From the NCBI GenBank assembly GCA_903892035.1, contig CAITGV010000001.1:355310-419309 (forward strand): a stretch of DNA of 64,000 bases, given 5' to 3'. The notes under the pieces were generated by a model. The model worked only from the letters and a program-made list of their open reading frames with translations. It was not told the DNA's origin and searched no databases. Positions 46,998 through 59,222 of the stretch are shown in pieces. Numbering within the stretch: the first letter of the stretch is position 1; every line of letters begins with the position of its first letter. The stretch is from an uncultured bacterium. GTDB taxonomy: Bacteria; Patescibacteriota; Minisyncoccia; Phycocordibacterales; UBA9973. A program made the position numbers and the translations under genes.

Positions 46998-47219
46998 ATG
47001 AATACGTTGATAAAAAAAATCAATATTGGAACCCTCGAGGATAAACCTGTGGTTATGATGTCTGCAGATATTTGGGAAAAAATGCAAGCAAAATTTCTTG
47101 AAATGCAGGAGGATTTAGAAATGTATACTTCTAAGACATACAAGAAGAGTATTACTCGCGCAAGAAATTCTAAGAAATTTTTTACTAGTTCTGAAGCACG
47201 TAAAAAACTAGGTTTATAA
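46998..47219 (+). CDS. antitoxin (RelB/DinJ- or Phd-like) of RelE/ParE pair
   Basis: Small acidic/basic protein immediately upstream of the RelE-like gene, separated by 3 nt. The start could also be 46962. Confidence 0.45.
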   Translation: MNTLIKKINIGTLEDKPVVMMSADIWEKMQAKFLEMQEDLEMYTSKTYKKSITRARNSKKFFTSSEARKKLGL

Positions 47220-47222
47220 TAT

Positions 47223-47477
47223 ATGCGTTATCTTATTACCGAAGAAGGTATAAGAACTTTGTTGCAATTGCCAAAGTCTGTGCAAAGAAAAATTCTAGAT
47301 AAATTAGATTATATTTTTGAAACCGAAAACCCGTTTACATACTCAAAAAAATTAAATCATTTTGAATATGGAGATTATCGAATGAGAATAGGGGACTATC
47401 GTGCATCGTTTGATTTAAAAAATAATACGGCATATTTTTTAAAGTTTGGACATCGCAAAGATTTTTATAAGAAATAA
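47223..47477 (+). CDS. RelE/ParE-family toxin
   Basis: C-terminal YRMRIGDYRASFDLKNNTAYFLKFGHRKDFY, typical of the RelE/ParE fold (R..DYR...F, GHRKD.Y). Confidence 0.65.
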   Translation: MRYLITEEGIRTLLQLPKSVQRKILDKLDYIFETENPFTYSKKLNHFEYGDYRMRIGDYRASFDLKNNTAYFLKFGHRKDFYKK

Positions 47478-47562
47478 AGTTTCTCGATTCAAAATCGAAA
47501 GTCTGGTCGACTCAAATCACCAACAAAAAAGCACTCCGACCTAGGTCGGAGTGCTTTTTTTT
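47478..47562 (+). repeat. cassette-boundary direct repeat DR3 plus terminator hairpin
   Basis: AGTTTCTCGATTCAAAATCGAAAGTCTGGTCGACTCAAATCACCAACAAAAAAGC, then hairpin gcactccgacctaggtcggagtgc and a T8 run. Confidence 0.65.
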
Positions 47563-47636
47563 GTGTAATATTTTTGATTAAAATACGGCTTTAGTTTTAT
47601 AGGTCAAATTTATTATCAATTTAATTATTTAAATTT

Positions 47637-48143
47637 ATGGGACAAAAAACTACAAATAGAACAGCATGGGCGATTATTGTTGTAGCAATTTTGGCAGTAG
47701 GGGCGTATTTGATATTTAATAAGTCAGCTGTAAATCCAGTAGCGACAGATAGTATTTCAGACAATACAAACACAGTAGCTGATACTATCACAAATCCAAC
47801 CAATGAACCTGAATCTGTGCAGGATACATCGGGGCAGACAGGTGGTGTTGCGCCAGTGACTCTATCTTATGCAAATGCTTTGATAAAGTATGCAGACAGA
47901 AGGATCCAACTTAATGCAACTTGCCAAGCATATCCGTACAATGTTACATACAAAGACAATACAGGTATTATGATATACAACAGGTCTCCAAATACTCGCA
48001 CAGTGAAGGTGGGAACGACATTTACTATAAAACCTTGGGGATTTAGGATAGTTGTTCTTCCTGATATATATCTAAAATCAAAGACTATTTTGGTAGATTG
48101 TGACAAAATGCAAAACGTAGCGACGATATTGGTCCAAGAGTAG
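47637..48143 (+). CDS. hypothetical membrane-anchored protein
   Basis: N-terminal TM helix (AWAIIVVAILAVGAYLIF), then a Thr-rich linker and a C-terminal domain. Confidence 0.4.
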   Translation: MGQKTTNRTAWAIIVVAILAVGAYLIFNKSAVNPVATDSISDNTNTVADTITNPTNEPESVQDTSGQTGGVAPVTLSYANALIKYADRRIQLNATCQAYPYNVTYKDNTGIMIYNRSPNTRTVKVGTTFTIKPWGFRIVVLPDIYLKSKTILVDCDKMQNVATILVQE

Positions 48144-48244
48144 TGTAATGGTTTTACTCAGTCTACTGCTTATCTATGTAAGTCTAAATTAACAAAAGGT
48201 CGAAATTATAATGTTTCTCTTATTAAATTAAAATTAAAAATTAT

Positions 48245-48898
48245 ATGAACAAAATTTCAAAGTTTACAAATCGTTTTATGAAAATAGCAGGAATTTCAAT
48301 TGCAGCTCTTGCTCTTGTAATTCTCCCAGGTATTTCTCGTGCAGATACTCTTACTCGCAATCTTTCAGTTGGATCTACGGGTACTGAAGTTTCATCACTC
48401 CAAACATTTCTAGCAACTGACGCTACAATTTATCCACAGGGTTTAGTTACAGGATACTTTGGTTTCCTTACAAAATCAGCAGTATCAAACTTTCAAAGTA
48501 AAAATAGCCTAACTGCAGATGGAATCGTGGGACCAATGTCACGTAGTGTTATAAATCAACAAATGATAAATGGTATGGGTGGAAATTCTCAAGCCCCAAT
48601 GATTTCAGATGTAATTATAAACACAACTAACTCTGGTGCAATGGTAAACTGGACTACAAACGAAGGTGCAAAAGGAGTTGTTTATTACAGTACAAGTCCA
48701 CTTTCAACTTATGAACACGAAAATTCAGTAGACATAAGTGGCAGTACAGCAATGACTGATTCAAGTCTACGCACAACACAAAATATTTCAGTACAAAATT
48801 TGCAATCAAATACAACTTATTACTACATGATCTATACTACTGATCAAGCAGGAAATGTAAGTGTAACAATCCCAGCAACTTTCCACACTTCAAATTAA
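48245..48898 (+). CDS. secreted protein with peptidoglycan-binding domain
   Basis: Signal peptide, then a PG_binding_1-like segment (GSTGTEVSSLQTFL...GYFGFLTKSAVSNFQSKNSLTADGIVGPMS) paralogous to the N-terminus of the 41472 protein. Confidence 0.5.
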   Translation: MNKISKFTNRFMKIAGISIAALALVILPGISRADTLTRNLSVGSTGTEVSSLQTFLATDATIYPQGLVTGYFGFLTKSAVSNFQSKNSLTADGIVGPMSRSVINQQMINGMGGNSQAPMISDVIINTTNSGAMVNWTTNEGAKGVVYYSTSPLSTYEHENSVDISGSTAMTDSSLRTTQNISVQNLQSNTTYYYMIYTTDQAGNVSVTIPATFHTSN

Positions 48899-48957
48899 GT
48901 AAGTAGTGGTATTAAAAACCGTCACGACTTTGGTCGCGGCGGTTTTTATATTATAAT

Positions 48958-49107
48958 ATGAGGATGTACACAAAGCACTTTTTGAAAATTCTTGTCGGTT
49001 TTGTAGGGCTACTTTTACTTGGAATTATTGGCCTTTTTCTCATAAACAGTTACGACCCAAACAATACTGGTAATCCTGTGAACCCAGTAAATCTCAAGGC
49101 GAAATAA
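48958..49107 (+). CDS. small hydrophobic protein (49 aa)
   Basis: MRMYTKHFLKILVGFVGLLLLGIIGLFLINSYDPNNTGNPVNPVNLKAK. Under 60 aa, so not in the track. Lies after a terminator-like hairpin at 48915-48948. Confidence 0.25.
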   Translation: MRMYTKHFLKILVGFVGLLLLGIIGLFLINSYDPNNTGNPVNPVNLKAK

Positions 49108-49109
49108 GT

Positions 49110-49276
49110 TGACTTTTGTATTTTATCGTGTAATATATCAATATACGCTGTAGACAGCAGGTATCCCGAGCGTTAGTCGAGGGAACAAATCCTGCCGAGG
49201 TTACTCAAAAATCATTTTTGATTTTGATACATCTGACCGCGTAGGTCGATTTTTTATTTTTATATTAAAAAATATT
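49110..49276 (+). promoter_or_regulatory. rplJ promoter and ribosomal protein L10 leader-type 5' UTR
   Basis: TTGACT-17-TAATAT at 49110-49138, then a roughly 140-nt GC-containing untranslated leader before rplJ. This is the usual position of the L10 autoregulatory leader. Confidence 0.45.
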
Positions 49277-49768
49277 ATGGCTCTTACAAAAGCAAAAAAA
49301 GTTGAACTAGTAGGCGAGCTTGATACTGCAATCAAAGGTGCAAATTCTTTGGTTTTTGTTTCATTTGATCGCTTGTCAGTTGCAGATGCAAACAGTCTCC
49401 GTAAAGATCTCCGTGGAGAATCTGTCGGTTATAAAGTTGCAAAAAAGACTTTGATGAAACGTGCTCTTGATGCTGGAAAGTTTGTTGGTGTAATGCCCGA
49501 ACTTCCAGGAGAAATTGCTCTTGCTTACGGCACAGATGCAATCGCGCCTGCACGCGGAGTATACAACTTTCAAATGACACACAAAGACAATATAAAAATT
49601 GTCGGTGGAGTTTTTGAAGGAAAATATATGAACGCAGAAGAGATGATGGGAATTGCAACAATTCCTCCACTACAAGTTTTGCGTGGTATGTTTGTCAACG
49701 TTATCAATTCTCCAATTCAAGGTTTGGTGCTTGCACTAAATGCTGTTGCCGAGAAGAAAAGTGCTTAA
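49277..49768 (+). CDS. rplJ: ribosomal protein uL10
   Basis: Conserved uL10 N-terminus and its position upstream of rplL. Confidence 0.85.
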   Translation: MALTKAKKVELVGELDTAIKGANSLVFVSFDRLSVADANSLRKDLRGESVGYKVAKKTLMKRALDAGKFVGVMPELPGEIALAYGTDAIAPARGVYNFQMTHKDNIKIVGGVFEGKYMNAEEMMGIATIPPLQVLRGMFVNVINSPIQGLVLALNAVAEKKSA

Positions 49769-49808
49769 TTATTAATTTTGTTATTACGCAACAATTATTT
49801 TTTTACTC

Positions 49809-49846
49809 GCGCTTAACCCTCTCTACGGGGGCTCCGACGCGACTCG
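49809..49846 (+). promoter_or_regulatory. conserved GC-rich upstream motif (rplL copy)
   Basis: GCGCTTAACCCTCTCTACGGGGGCTCCGACGCGACTCG. Near-identical to the motif upstream of recA at 36938-36971. Confidence 0.45.
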
Positions 49847-49876
49847 TAAAAAAGTAATTGTTGCTCATAGAAATTT

Positions 49877-50269
49877 ATGGAAGAAACAAATGTAAATGTA
49901 GAAGTTCCAGCAAAGTTCAAGGCAATCGTTGATGCAGTAGAATCAATGTCAGTTCTTGATTTGCACGAATTGGTTAAATTATTAGAAAAGAAATTTGGCG
50001 TTTCTGCTGCAGCAGTTGCTGTAGCTGGTCCTGCTGCAGGTCCTGCTGTTGAAGAAAAAGATTCTTTCACAGTAGTTTTGGCTGGTGCAGGTGAACAAAA
50101 AATTGCAGTTATGAAAGTTGTCAAAGAAGCTCTAGGTCTTGGTCTTAAAGAGGCAAAGGACTTAGTAGATGGTGCTCCTTCAACACTTAAAGACGGTTTG
50201 AAGAAAGCAGAAGCTGACGAACTTAAGAAAAAGCTTGAAGAAGCTGGTGCAAAAGTCGAGCTTAAGTAA
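49877..50269 (+). CDS. rplL: ribosomal protein bL12 (L7/L12)
   Basis: Ala-rich hinge and C-terminal [22 protein letters not shown]...EAGAKVELK. Confidence 0.85.
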   Translation: MEETNVNVEVPAKFKAIVDAVESMSVLDLHELVKLLEKKFGVSAAAVAVAGPAAGPAVEEKDSFTVVLAGAGEQKIAVMKVVKEALGLGLKEAKDLVDGAPSTLKDGLKKAEADELKKKLEEAGAKVELK

Positions 50270-50313
50270 GCGAGATACTGAGCTTGTCGAAGTATAGATT
50301 TTACTCAATAGCA

Positions 50314-50343
50314 AAAAACACCCCTTTTGGGGTGTTTTTTGCT
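50314..50343 (+). terminator. rho-independent terminator
   Basis: aaaaaacaccccttttggggtgttttttgc after rplL. Confidence 0.8.
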
Positions 50344-50354
50344 ATAATGCAGAA

Positions 50355-51959
50355 ATGAAAAAAATAGCATTATTGTCAGTTTATAATAAAGAGGGAATTG
50401 TGGATTTTGCACACGAGCTAGTGGCCCTAGGTTGGGAAATAATTTCTTCCGGAGGAACTTCAAAAGCTCTTGTTGATGCAGGAATTTCTGTGACAGATGT
50501 TTCAGATATTACTGGAATGAAAGCAATATTAAGCCACAGAGTAGTGACACTTCACCCAAAAATTCACGGTGGACTTTTGGCTTTAAATACTCCAGAGCAT
50601 TTAGCAGAACTTGAGAAATATGAAATTCCTTGGATTGATATGGTTTGTTGTGATCTGTATCCATTAGCAGAAGAAATTGAAAAAGTAAATTCTACACGTG
50701 AATCAGTAATTGAAAAAACAGATATGGGAGGACCTGCAATGACGCGCTCAAGTGCAAAGGGTGGAAGAATTACAATTTGTGATCCAGCTGATCGACCACT
50801 CGTGATTGATTGGCTAAAAGCAGGTGAACCAGATCGTGAAATTTTTATACAGAATCTTTCAGCAAAAGCTGAATATATAATTTCAAAATATATATTCACT
50901 TCTGCGAAATATTTAAGTAAAGGTACGTACGAAGGATTTATTGGTGAGAAAATTGCAGAATGTAAATATGGAGAAAATGCATACCAGACACCAGCTGGAG
51001 TTTATTCGGTAAATAACTGTGACCCACTTTCTGTAGAAAATTTTAAATTAATTTCAGGTACGGCTCCTTCATACAATAATTATTGTGACCTAGATAGGAT
51101 GCTCACAACCATTACGCATATCGCCGGAGGGTACGATGTGAACTATGGGAAAGTTCCGAAAATTGCAATTGCTGTAAAACATGGAAATGCTTGCGGTGCG
51201 GCGGTCGGAGAAAATGAAAAAGAAGTTTTGGAAAAAATGATAATGGGAGATCCTCGAGCAATTTTTGGTGGACTTGTGATGACAAATTTTCCAATAGACG
51301 AAGGTCATGCAGAGAGTTTGCTTTCGTACAATATGCCAGAAGGGGTTCGAAGAATTCTCGACGGAATTATTGCACCAGATTTTGCTGAAAGTGCGATTGC
51401 AGTATTAAAAAGAAAAGGTGACAAATGTCGTTTTCTTGCAAATGAAGCTCTATTAAATTTAACAAAAAATTCTCTCGACAAGACACCACGTTTCCGTTAT
51501 GTGCGTGGAGGATTTTTTATGCAACCAAATTATTCTTATCTTTTAGATTTGAAACAAACAGAACTTGCAAAACATGGAAGTGCGACAGAGGCGCAAGAGC
51601 GCGATATGATTTTATCTTCAGCAATTGGTCACACTTCAAATTCAAATACTATTGCCTTGGTTCGCGAAGGACAGCTCATAGGTAACGGTGTCGGACAGCA
51701 AGACCGAGTCGGAGCTTGCGGACTTGCTATATCGAGAGCAGTTGGTGCAGGTCACAATACTCAGGGAGCAGTGGCGTACAGTGATTCTTTTTTCCCATTT
51801 CCAGATGCACCAGAAGTCCTAATAAAAAATGGTATTTCAGCAATATTTTCTACAAGTGGTTCGGTCAATGATGTGAAAGCTATCGACGTTTGCGCAAAGG
51901 CAAATGTGCCACTTTACCTCATTCCTGACACTTTGGGAAGGGGCTTTTTTGGTCATTAA
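50355..51959 (+). CDS. purH: bifunctional AICAR transformylase / IMP cyclohydrolase
   Basis: N-terminal MGS-like domain (ALLSVYNKEGIVDFA..L...G.EIISSGGT) followed by the AICARFT domain. About 530 aa. Confidence 0.8.
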   Translation: MKKIALLSVYNKEGIVDFAHELVALGWEIISSGGTSKALVDAGISVTDVSDITGMKAILSHRVVTLHPKIHGGLLALNTPEHLAELEKYEIPWIDMVCCDLYPLAEEIEKVNSTRESVIEKTDMGGPAMTRSSAKGGRITICDPADRPLVIDWLKAGEPDREIFIQNLSAKAEYIISKYIFTSAKYLSKGTYEGFIGEKIAECKYGENAYQTPAGVYSVNNCDPLSVENFKLISGTAPSYNNYCDLDRMLTTITHIAGGYDVNYGKVPKIAIAVKHGNACGAAVGENEKEVLEKMIMGDPRAIFGGLVMTNFPIDEGHAESLLSYNMPEGVRRILDGIIAPDFAESAIAVLKRKGDKCRFLANEALLNLTKNSLDKTPRFRYVRGGFFMQPNYSYLLDLKQTELAKHGSATEAQERDMILSSAIGHTSNSNTIALVREGQLIGNGVGQQDRVGACGLAISRAVGAGHNTQGAVAYSDSFFPFPDAPEVLIKNGISAIFSTSGSVNDVKAIDVCAKANVPLYLIPDTLGRGFFGH

Positions 51960-51979
51960 TTTAGTGCTATAATACCCCC

Positions 51980-52573
51980 ATGGAAACACTCGGAAAACTA
52001 TTCGGCGGCACGGGACAAGTCAAAATAATGCGACTTTTTTTACTTAATCCTGAGGCGCCTTTTACTACAAAAGAAGTGGCATATAGAAGCAAGGTTACAA
52101 TTTCTCTAGCCCGCAAAGAGATAAACGGTTTGATTGGCGCAAAATTTTTGAAAAAGAAAAGTGGTGCAAAATCTGTAACATTTATTTTAAATCCCACTTT
52201 CCCATATTTAGTACAAATGCGCAGTCTTTTGATTGATGCAAATATTTTGAAAGGTGATGAAATTGCTCGAAGATTTAAAAATGCTGGAAGAATAAAACTC
52301 CTCGTTATTTCTGGAATATTTATAAAAGATCCTGAAAGTCGTGTAGATATTTTGATAGTAGGAGAGAATCTTATCAAAAGTAAAATCGACAATGCAGTAC
52401 GACTTCTTGAATCTGAAATTGGAAAAGAACTTTCTTATGCGACATTTGAAACTCCTGACTTTTTGTATCGTTTAAGTATGTACGACAAGCTTGTTTGCGA
52501 CATACTAGACTTTCCTCATGAGCGTGTTATAGAGGGTATAAAGTTATCCACATACGCCTTAAAAAAAAGCTAG
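51980..52573 (+). CDS. hypothetical protein with N-terminal winged-helix-like region
   Basis: 197-aa ORF. No motif recognised. Confidence 0.3.
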   Translation: METLGKLFGGTGQVKIMRLFLLNPEAPFTTKEVAYRSKVTISLARKEINGLIGAKFLKKKSGAKSVTFILNPTFPYLVQMRSLLIDANILKGDEIARRFKNAGRIKLLVISGIFIKDPESRVDILIVGENLIKSKIDNAVRLLESEIGKELSYATFETPDFLYRLSMYDKLVCDILDFPHERVIEGIKLSTYALKKS

Positions 52574-52655
52574 AAATTGGTATAATAGATACAGTACTTT
52601 GGAAGGTCGAACTTTAAGGGTATCAATTATCAGTAATTATTAATATTCAATATAT

Positions 52656-53345
52656 ATGTTGATTCAACAATGGGGTGATGTCTTTACAGCTTCTCTCCAA
52701 AATCTTTGGTTCGGATTTATTGGCTTTATGCCAAGTTTGCTCCTAGCCATTATTATTTTCTTGCTAGGTTGGTTCGTAGGGTCGATCATTGGTGAGGCTA
52801 TCAATAAAGCAATCACTGCTCTCAAGGTAGACAATCTTGCAGCAAGCATTGGAGCAGAAAAGTTTTTTGCTCGCGCTGGAATGAAGCTTTCAATCGGTGG
52901 TTTTATCGGAGGTTTGGTAAAGTGGTTTTTAGTAATCGCTTTCCTTATTCCATCTCTTGAGCTTTTGAAGATGACTTACGTAACAGAATTTTTGCAAGGT
53001 GTTGTACTTTCATACCTTCCACACGTAATTGCTGCAGCATTAGTTCTAATCGTTGCAACTCTTGTTGCTGACACAATGGCTAAAATCATTGCTGGTTCTG
53101 CAAAGGGTGCAAATCTAAAAGGCGCAGACTTTTTGGGTACAATGACACGTTGGGCAATTTGGATTACAGCTTTTGTAATCGCTCTTGATCAACTTTCAAT
53201 TGGTGCTCAATACGTCAATATCATTTTCGAAGGTCTAGTGGCAATGCTTGTTATTGCTGGAGGTCTTGCTTTTGGTCTTGGTGGAAAAGATGCTGCATCT
53301 CGCACTATCGAAAAAATCAAATCAGATATCGGTCACGGAAACTAA
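52656..53345 (+). CDS. hypothetical integral membrane protein
   Basis: 229 aa with 5-6 TM helices. Confidence 0.4.
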   Translation: MLIQQWGDVFTASLQNLWFGFIGFMPSLLLAIIIFLLGWFVGSIIGEAINKAITALKVDNLAASIGAEKFFARAGMKLSIGGFIGGLVKWFLVIAFLIPSLELLKMTYVTEFLQGVVLSYLPHVIAAALVLIVATLVADTMAKIIAGSAKGANLKGADFLGTMTRWAIWITAFVIALDQLSIGAQYVNIIFEGLVAMLVIAGGLAFGLGGKDAASRTIEKIKSDIGHGN

Positions 53346-53368
53346 ATATTCAATATTTAAATTTCACC

Positions 53369-53403
53369 AAAAAGCCCTCCGACCTAGGTCAGAGGGCTTT
53401 TTG
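53369..53403 (+). terminator. rho-independent terminator (CCGACCTAGGTC-loop family)
   Basis: aaaaagccctccgacctaggtcagagggctttttg. Related hairpins at 53829-53862 and 47531-47562. Confidence 0.8.
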
Positions 53404-53511
53404 TATGGAGCTCAAACCCATCCGCCCTTCGGGCACCTTCCCTTATCAGGGAAGGCAACTGCTGACGAGTTTTTGTTTTGCTTTAAAGGCAACGTTTGGT
53501 ATACTTTAACT

Positions 53512-53697
53512 ATGTTGAGTTCGCTTACAAACCTTAATGCATTGGGAGAAATAAGTAAAGATATCGGACAAATTTTTTTCGCCTCCGTTTTTCTTACAAG
53601 TATTACGGGTGGTAACGTGAACTATTTTACTGTTATTTTAGGACTTTTTTTATCAATTGGATTTTGGTCGGTTTACTTGATAACTAGAAAATATTAA
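53512..53697 (+). CDS. small hydrophobic protein (61 aa)
   Basis: MLSSLTNLNALGEISKDIGQIFFASVFLTSITGG.... This is the alternative in-frame start of the 53248 track ORF. Preceded by TATACT. Confidence 0.25.
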   Translation: MLSSLTNLNALGEISKDIGQIFFASVFLTSITGGNVNYFTVILGLFLSIGFWSVYLITRKY

Positions 53698-53828
53698 TAA
53701 TTAATTATGAATACAAATGTTATGATAAATATATATATATTGGGAGCCCTTCTTCTTATTGCGATTATACTTTTAATAATTGCGGGAAAGAAGACTCAAG
53801 GAAAATAAAGATGCTGTAATTTTCTGCA

Positions 53829-53862
53829 AAAGCCCTCCGATCTAGGTCGTGGGGCTTTTTGC
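53829..53862 (+). terminator. rho-independent terminator
   Basis: aaagccctccgatctaggtcgtggggcttttt. Confidence 0.7.
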
Positions 53863-53940
53863 ATGGCTGTAAGATTGGTGGTTTATATGCGTCTTAGTAT
53901 AGGTACAGTTATTATTAAGGTTTATTAATCATTAAATTAT

Positions 53941-54948
53941 ATGAAAAAATTAAGTATCGGTTTTTTAATAGCATCTTTCCTTTTTATGGGATTTGGTGCT
54001 CAGTATGCAAGTGCAGGTTTTACAAAAGTATCTTTGCCACCGCAAATAATACATTCACAACCAACTCCAAATTGGTTTTATTCCACTATTAATTCCGCGT
54101 ATGGAAATCAAAATACGACATCAAATAATAGTCATTATGTTATTGCAAAATATTTAATTACAAACGCCGCGTCAGAACCAGTGCGTCTGACAAATTTGAA
54201 ACTTGATGCAACCTTGGTTGGAGTCAATGCAACAAACTTTACAAATGTTACATTCTACAATCCAGGTGCAAACTCAAACTACGCCGCTCCGTACAATCCT
54301 TCATCATTTCCATACAATGAAGCGATACCCGCAATTATTTTTGGATCACACGAAACTAAGCAAGTAGTAGTGTATGCTGATATTGGTGCAAATGTTTCCG
54401 GAAGTATTACTACAAATCTTACTCCTACTGGTATAGGTCAAAATACATTTACACTATTTACTCCACCATCTTCAACCGTTGGACAGACAATAACAATAAA
54501 TAATATGTTGGAATGTAATCCAACAGTTCAACAGATTGCACTACCAAATACTATCTTGTCCGTTGGTATCCTAACAACTTCAGAATATTTATTTACAAAT
54601 CCAGTTGGGCATAATGATTGTAAATTAAGTAGCATTACAATTCGAAGAATGCCATCAATTCATACAACATTTTCAATAGGGGACTTGGTTGTTGTTGATC
54701 CATTAACAAATACAACCTTAATACAATCTCCGACAATTGGAAGTTATCAAACACTTAATTTTACAACTCCGTGGATAATTCATGGTGGTACAGATGTAGG
54801 ATTATTTGTAAAAACAAGATTTAATGGCACTCCTCAAATTGGAGACACCTTCCCGAGTTACTTTTCAGCAGTTAATATGACGGATGCATCTACTGCAATA
54901 ACAGTAAATCCAATATTACCTGTAACCTGGCAAACACTTAACTTTTAA
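53941..54948 (+). CDS. hypothetical secreted protein
   Basis: N-terminal signal peptide (MKKLSIGFLIASFLFMGFGAQYASA). Asn/Thr-rich. Confidence 0.4.
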   Translation: MKKLSIGFLIASFLFMGFGAQYASAGFTKVSLPPQIIHSQPTPNWFYSTINSAYGNQNTTSNNSHYVIAKYLITNAASEPVRLTNLKLDATLVGVNATNFTNVTFYNPGANSNYAAPYNPSSFPYNEAIPAIIFGSHETKQVVVYADIGANVSGSITTNLTPTGIGQNTFTLFTPPSSTVGQTITINNMLECNPTVQQIALPNTILSVGILTTSEYLFTNPVGHNDCKLSSITIRRMPSIHTTFSIGDLVVVDPLTNTTLIQSPTIGSYQTLNFTTPWIIHGGTDVGLFVKTRFNGTPQIGDTFPSYFSAVNMTDASTAITVNPILPVTWQTLNF

Positions 54949-54971
54949 AAAATAGTAAATTGTTTTAATAC

Positions 54972-54998
54972 AAAAAGCCCCAGAAAAGGGGCTTTTTG
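54972..54998 (+). terminator. rho-independent terminator
   Basis: aaaaagccccagaaaaggggctttttg. Confidence 0.8.
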
Positions 54999-55060
54999 TA
55001 TGGGTATTTGGCTTTTCCACAGGGTATGCCCAGAACCCCATTTGAGGGGTATTTAGGGGC

Positions 55061-55192
55061 TTGACTTTAATTTTGGCTTCGTATATACTAGCCACTACAG
55101 ATATGAATAACAAAAAGCAAACAAATCTATCGTGAGGCGGTGAAATAAACGTTTAGTTTGTTTTACCCGCCGAGAGGCGGTTTTCTTTTTTT
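55061..55192 (+). ncRNA. candidate small RNA or rRNA-operon leader (consensus promoter to terminator, about 97 nt)
   Basis: Perfect TTGACT-17-TATACT at 55061-55089 and a terminator hairpin cccgccgagaggcgg + T-run at 55166-55192. No ORF longer than 10 codons in between. Confidence 0.3.
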
Positions 55193-55396
55193 CAGAACGA
55201 TCATTCATTAATAAATAAATCCTGTTGCACACAAAAATTATTTCTTCCAAAGTAAGAATTTATTTTTTATTTTGGTGGGTCTTTGAGCCGTGTGTAAACA
55301 GAACCTCGAAGTTTTTATTTTTTTCGCCAAGCGGTTGGTATCAGAGAAATAAAAACTTCGAAAAACGAAAATTGTGATTTTTAAATTTCCTAATAG

Positions 55397-58850
<3,454 letters not shown>

Positions 58851-58963
58851 AAATTTGAAAATCACACTCATTATTTATATAATGAGCAAAAATATTCGTT
58901 GAGGAAATTAAAATCCTCTTTTGTTTCTTCCCATAATCGTGGGAAGTTAGTATTCAGTTTTAT

Positions 58964-59073
58964 GTTTTGGTGGTTTAACGCTAGGGTCACACCTTTTCCC
59001 ATTCCGAACAGAGAAGTTAAGCCTAGTAGTGGCGATGATAGTCTTTTAGGCAAAAGTAGCTAGCCGCCAGAAC
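58964..59073 (+). rRNA. rrf: 5S ribosomal RNA
   Basis: ...CCCATTCCGAACAGAGAAGTTAAGCC... with helix I pairing TGGTGG/CCGCCA. About 110 nt, lying about 110 nt after the 23S. Confidence 0.8.
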
Positions 59074-59101
59074 ATAGTACTGAATTAAAATCTAAAATAT
59101 A

Positions 59102-59126
59102 GCCAGACAAAAAATCTGGTTTTTTG
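59102..59126 (+). terminator. rho-independent terminator after rRNA operon
   Basis: ccagacaaaaaatctggtttttt. Confidence 0.7.
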
Positions 59127-59146
59127 TGTTATCTAAAATTAATATA

Positions 59147-59184
59147 CCACCCCCCTGACCCCCTCCTAATTTAGGAGGGGGTTT
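59147..59184. repeat. GC-rich palindromic intergenic element (variant)
   Basis: CCACCCCCCTGACCCCCTCCtaatttaGGAGGGGG. Confidence 0.55.
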
Positions 59185-59222
59185 ACTGTGCATTAATTAA
59201 AAATAGTTGTATAATTAATTTT

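Noticed and set aside
49813-50124. 103-aa ORF antisense to rplL
   Set aside because: It is the antisense frame of a highly conserved ribosomal protein gene, and its 5' part is the shared GC-rich upstream motif.
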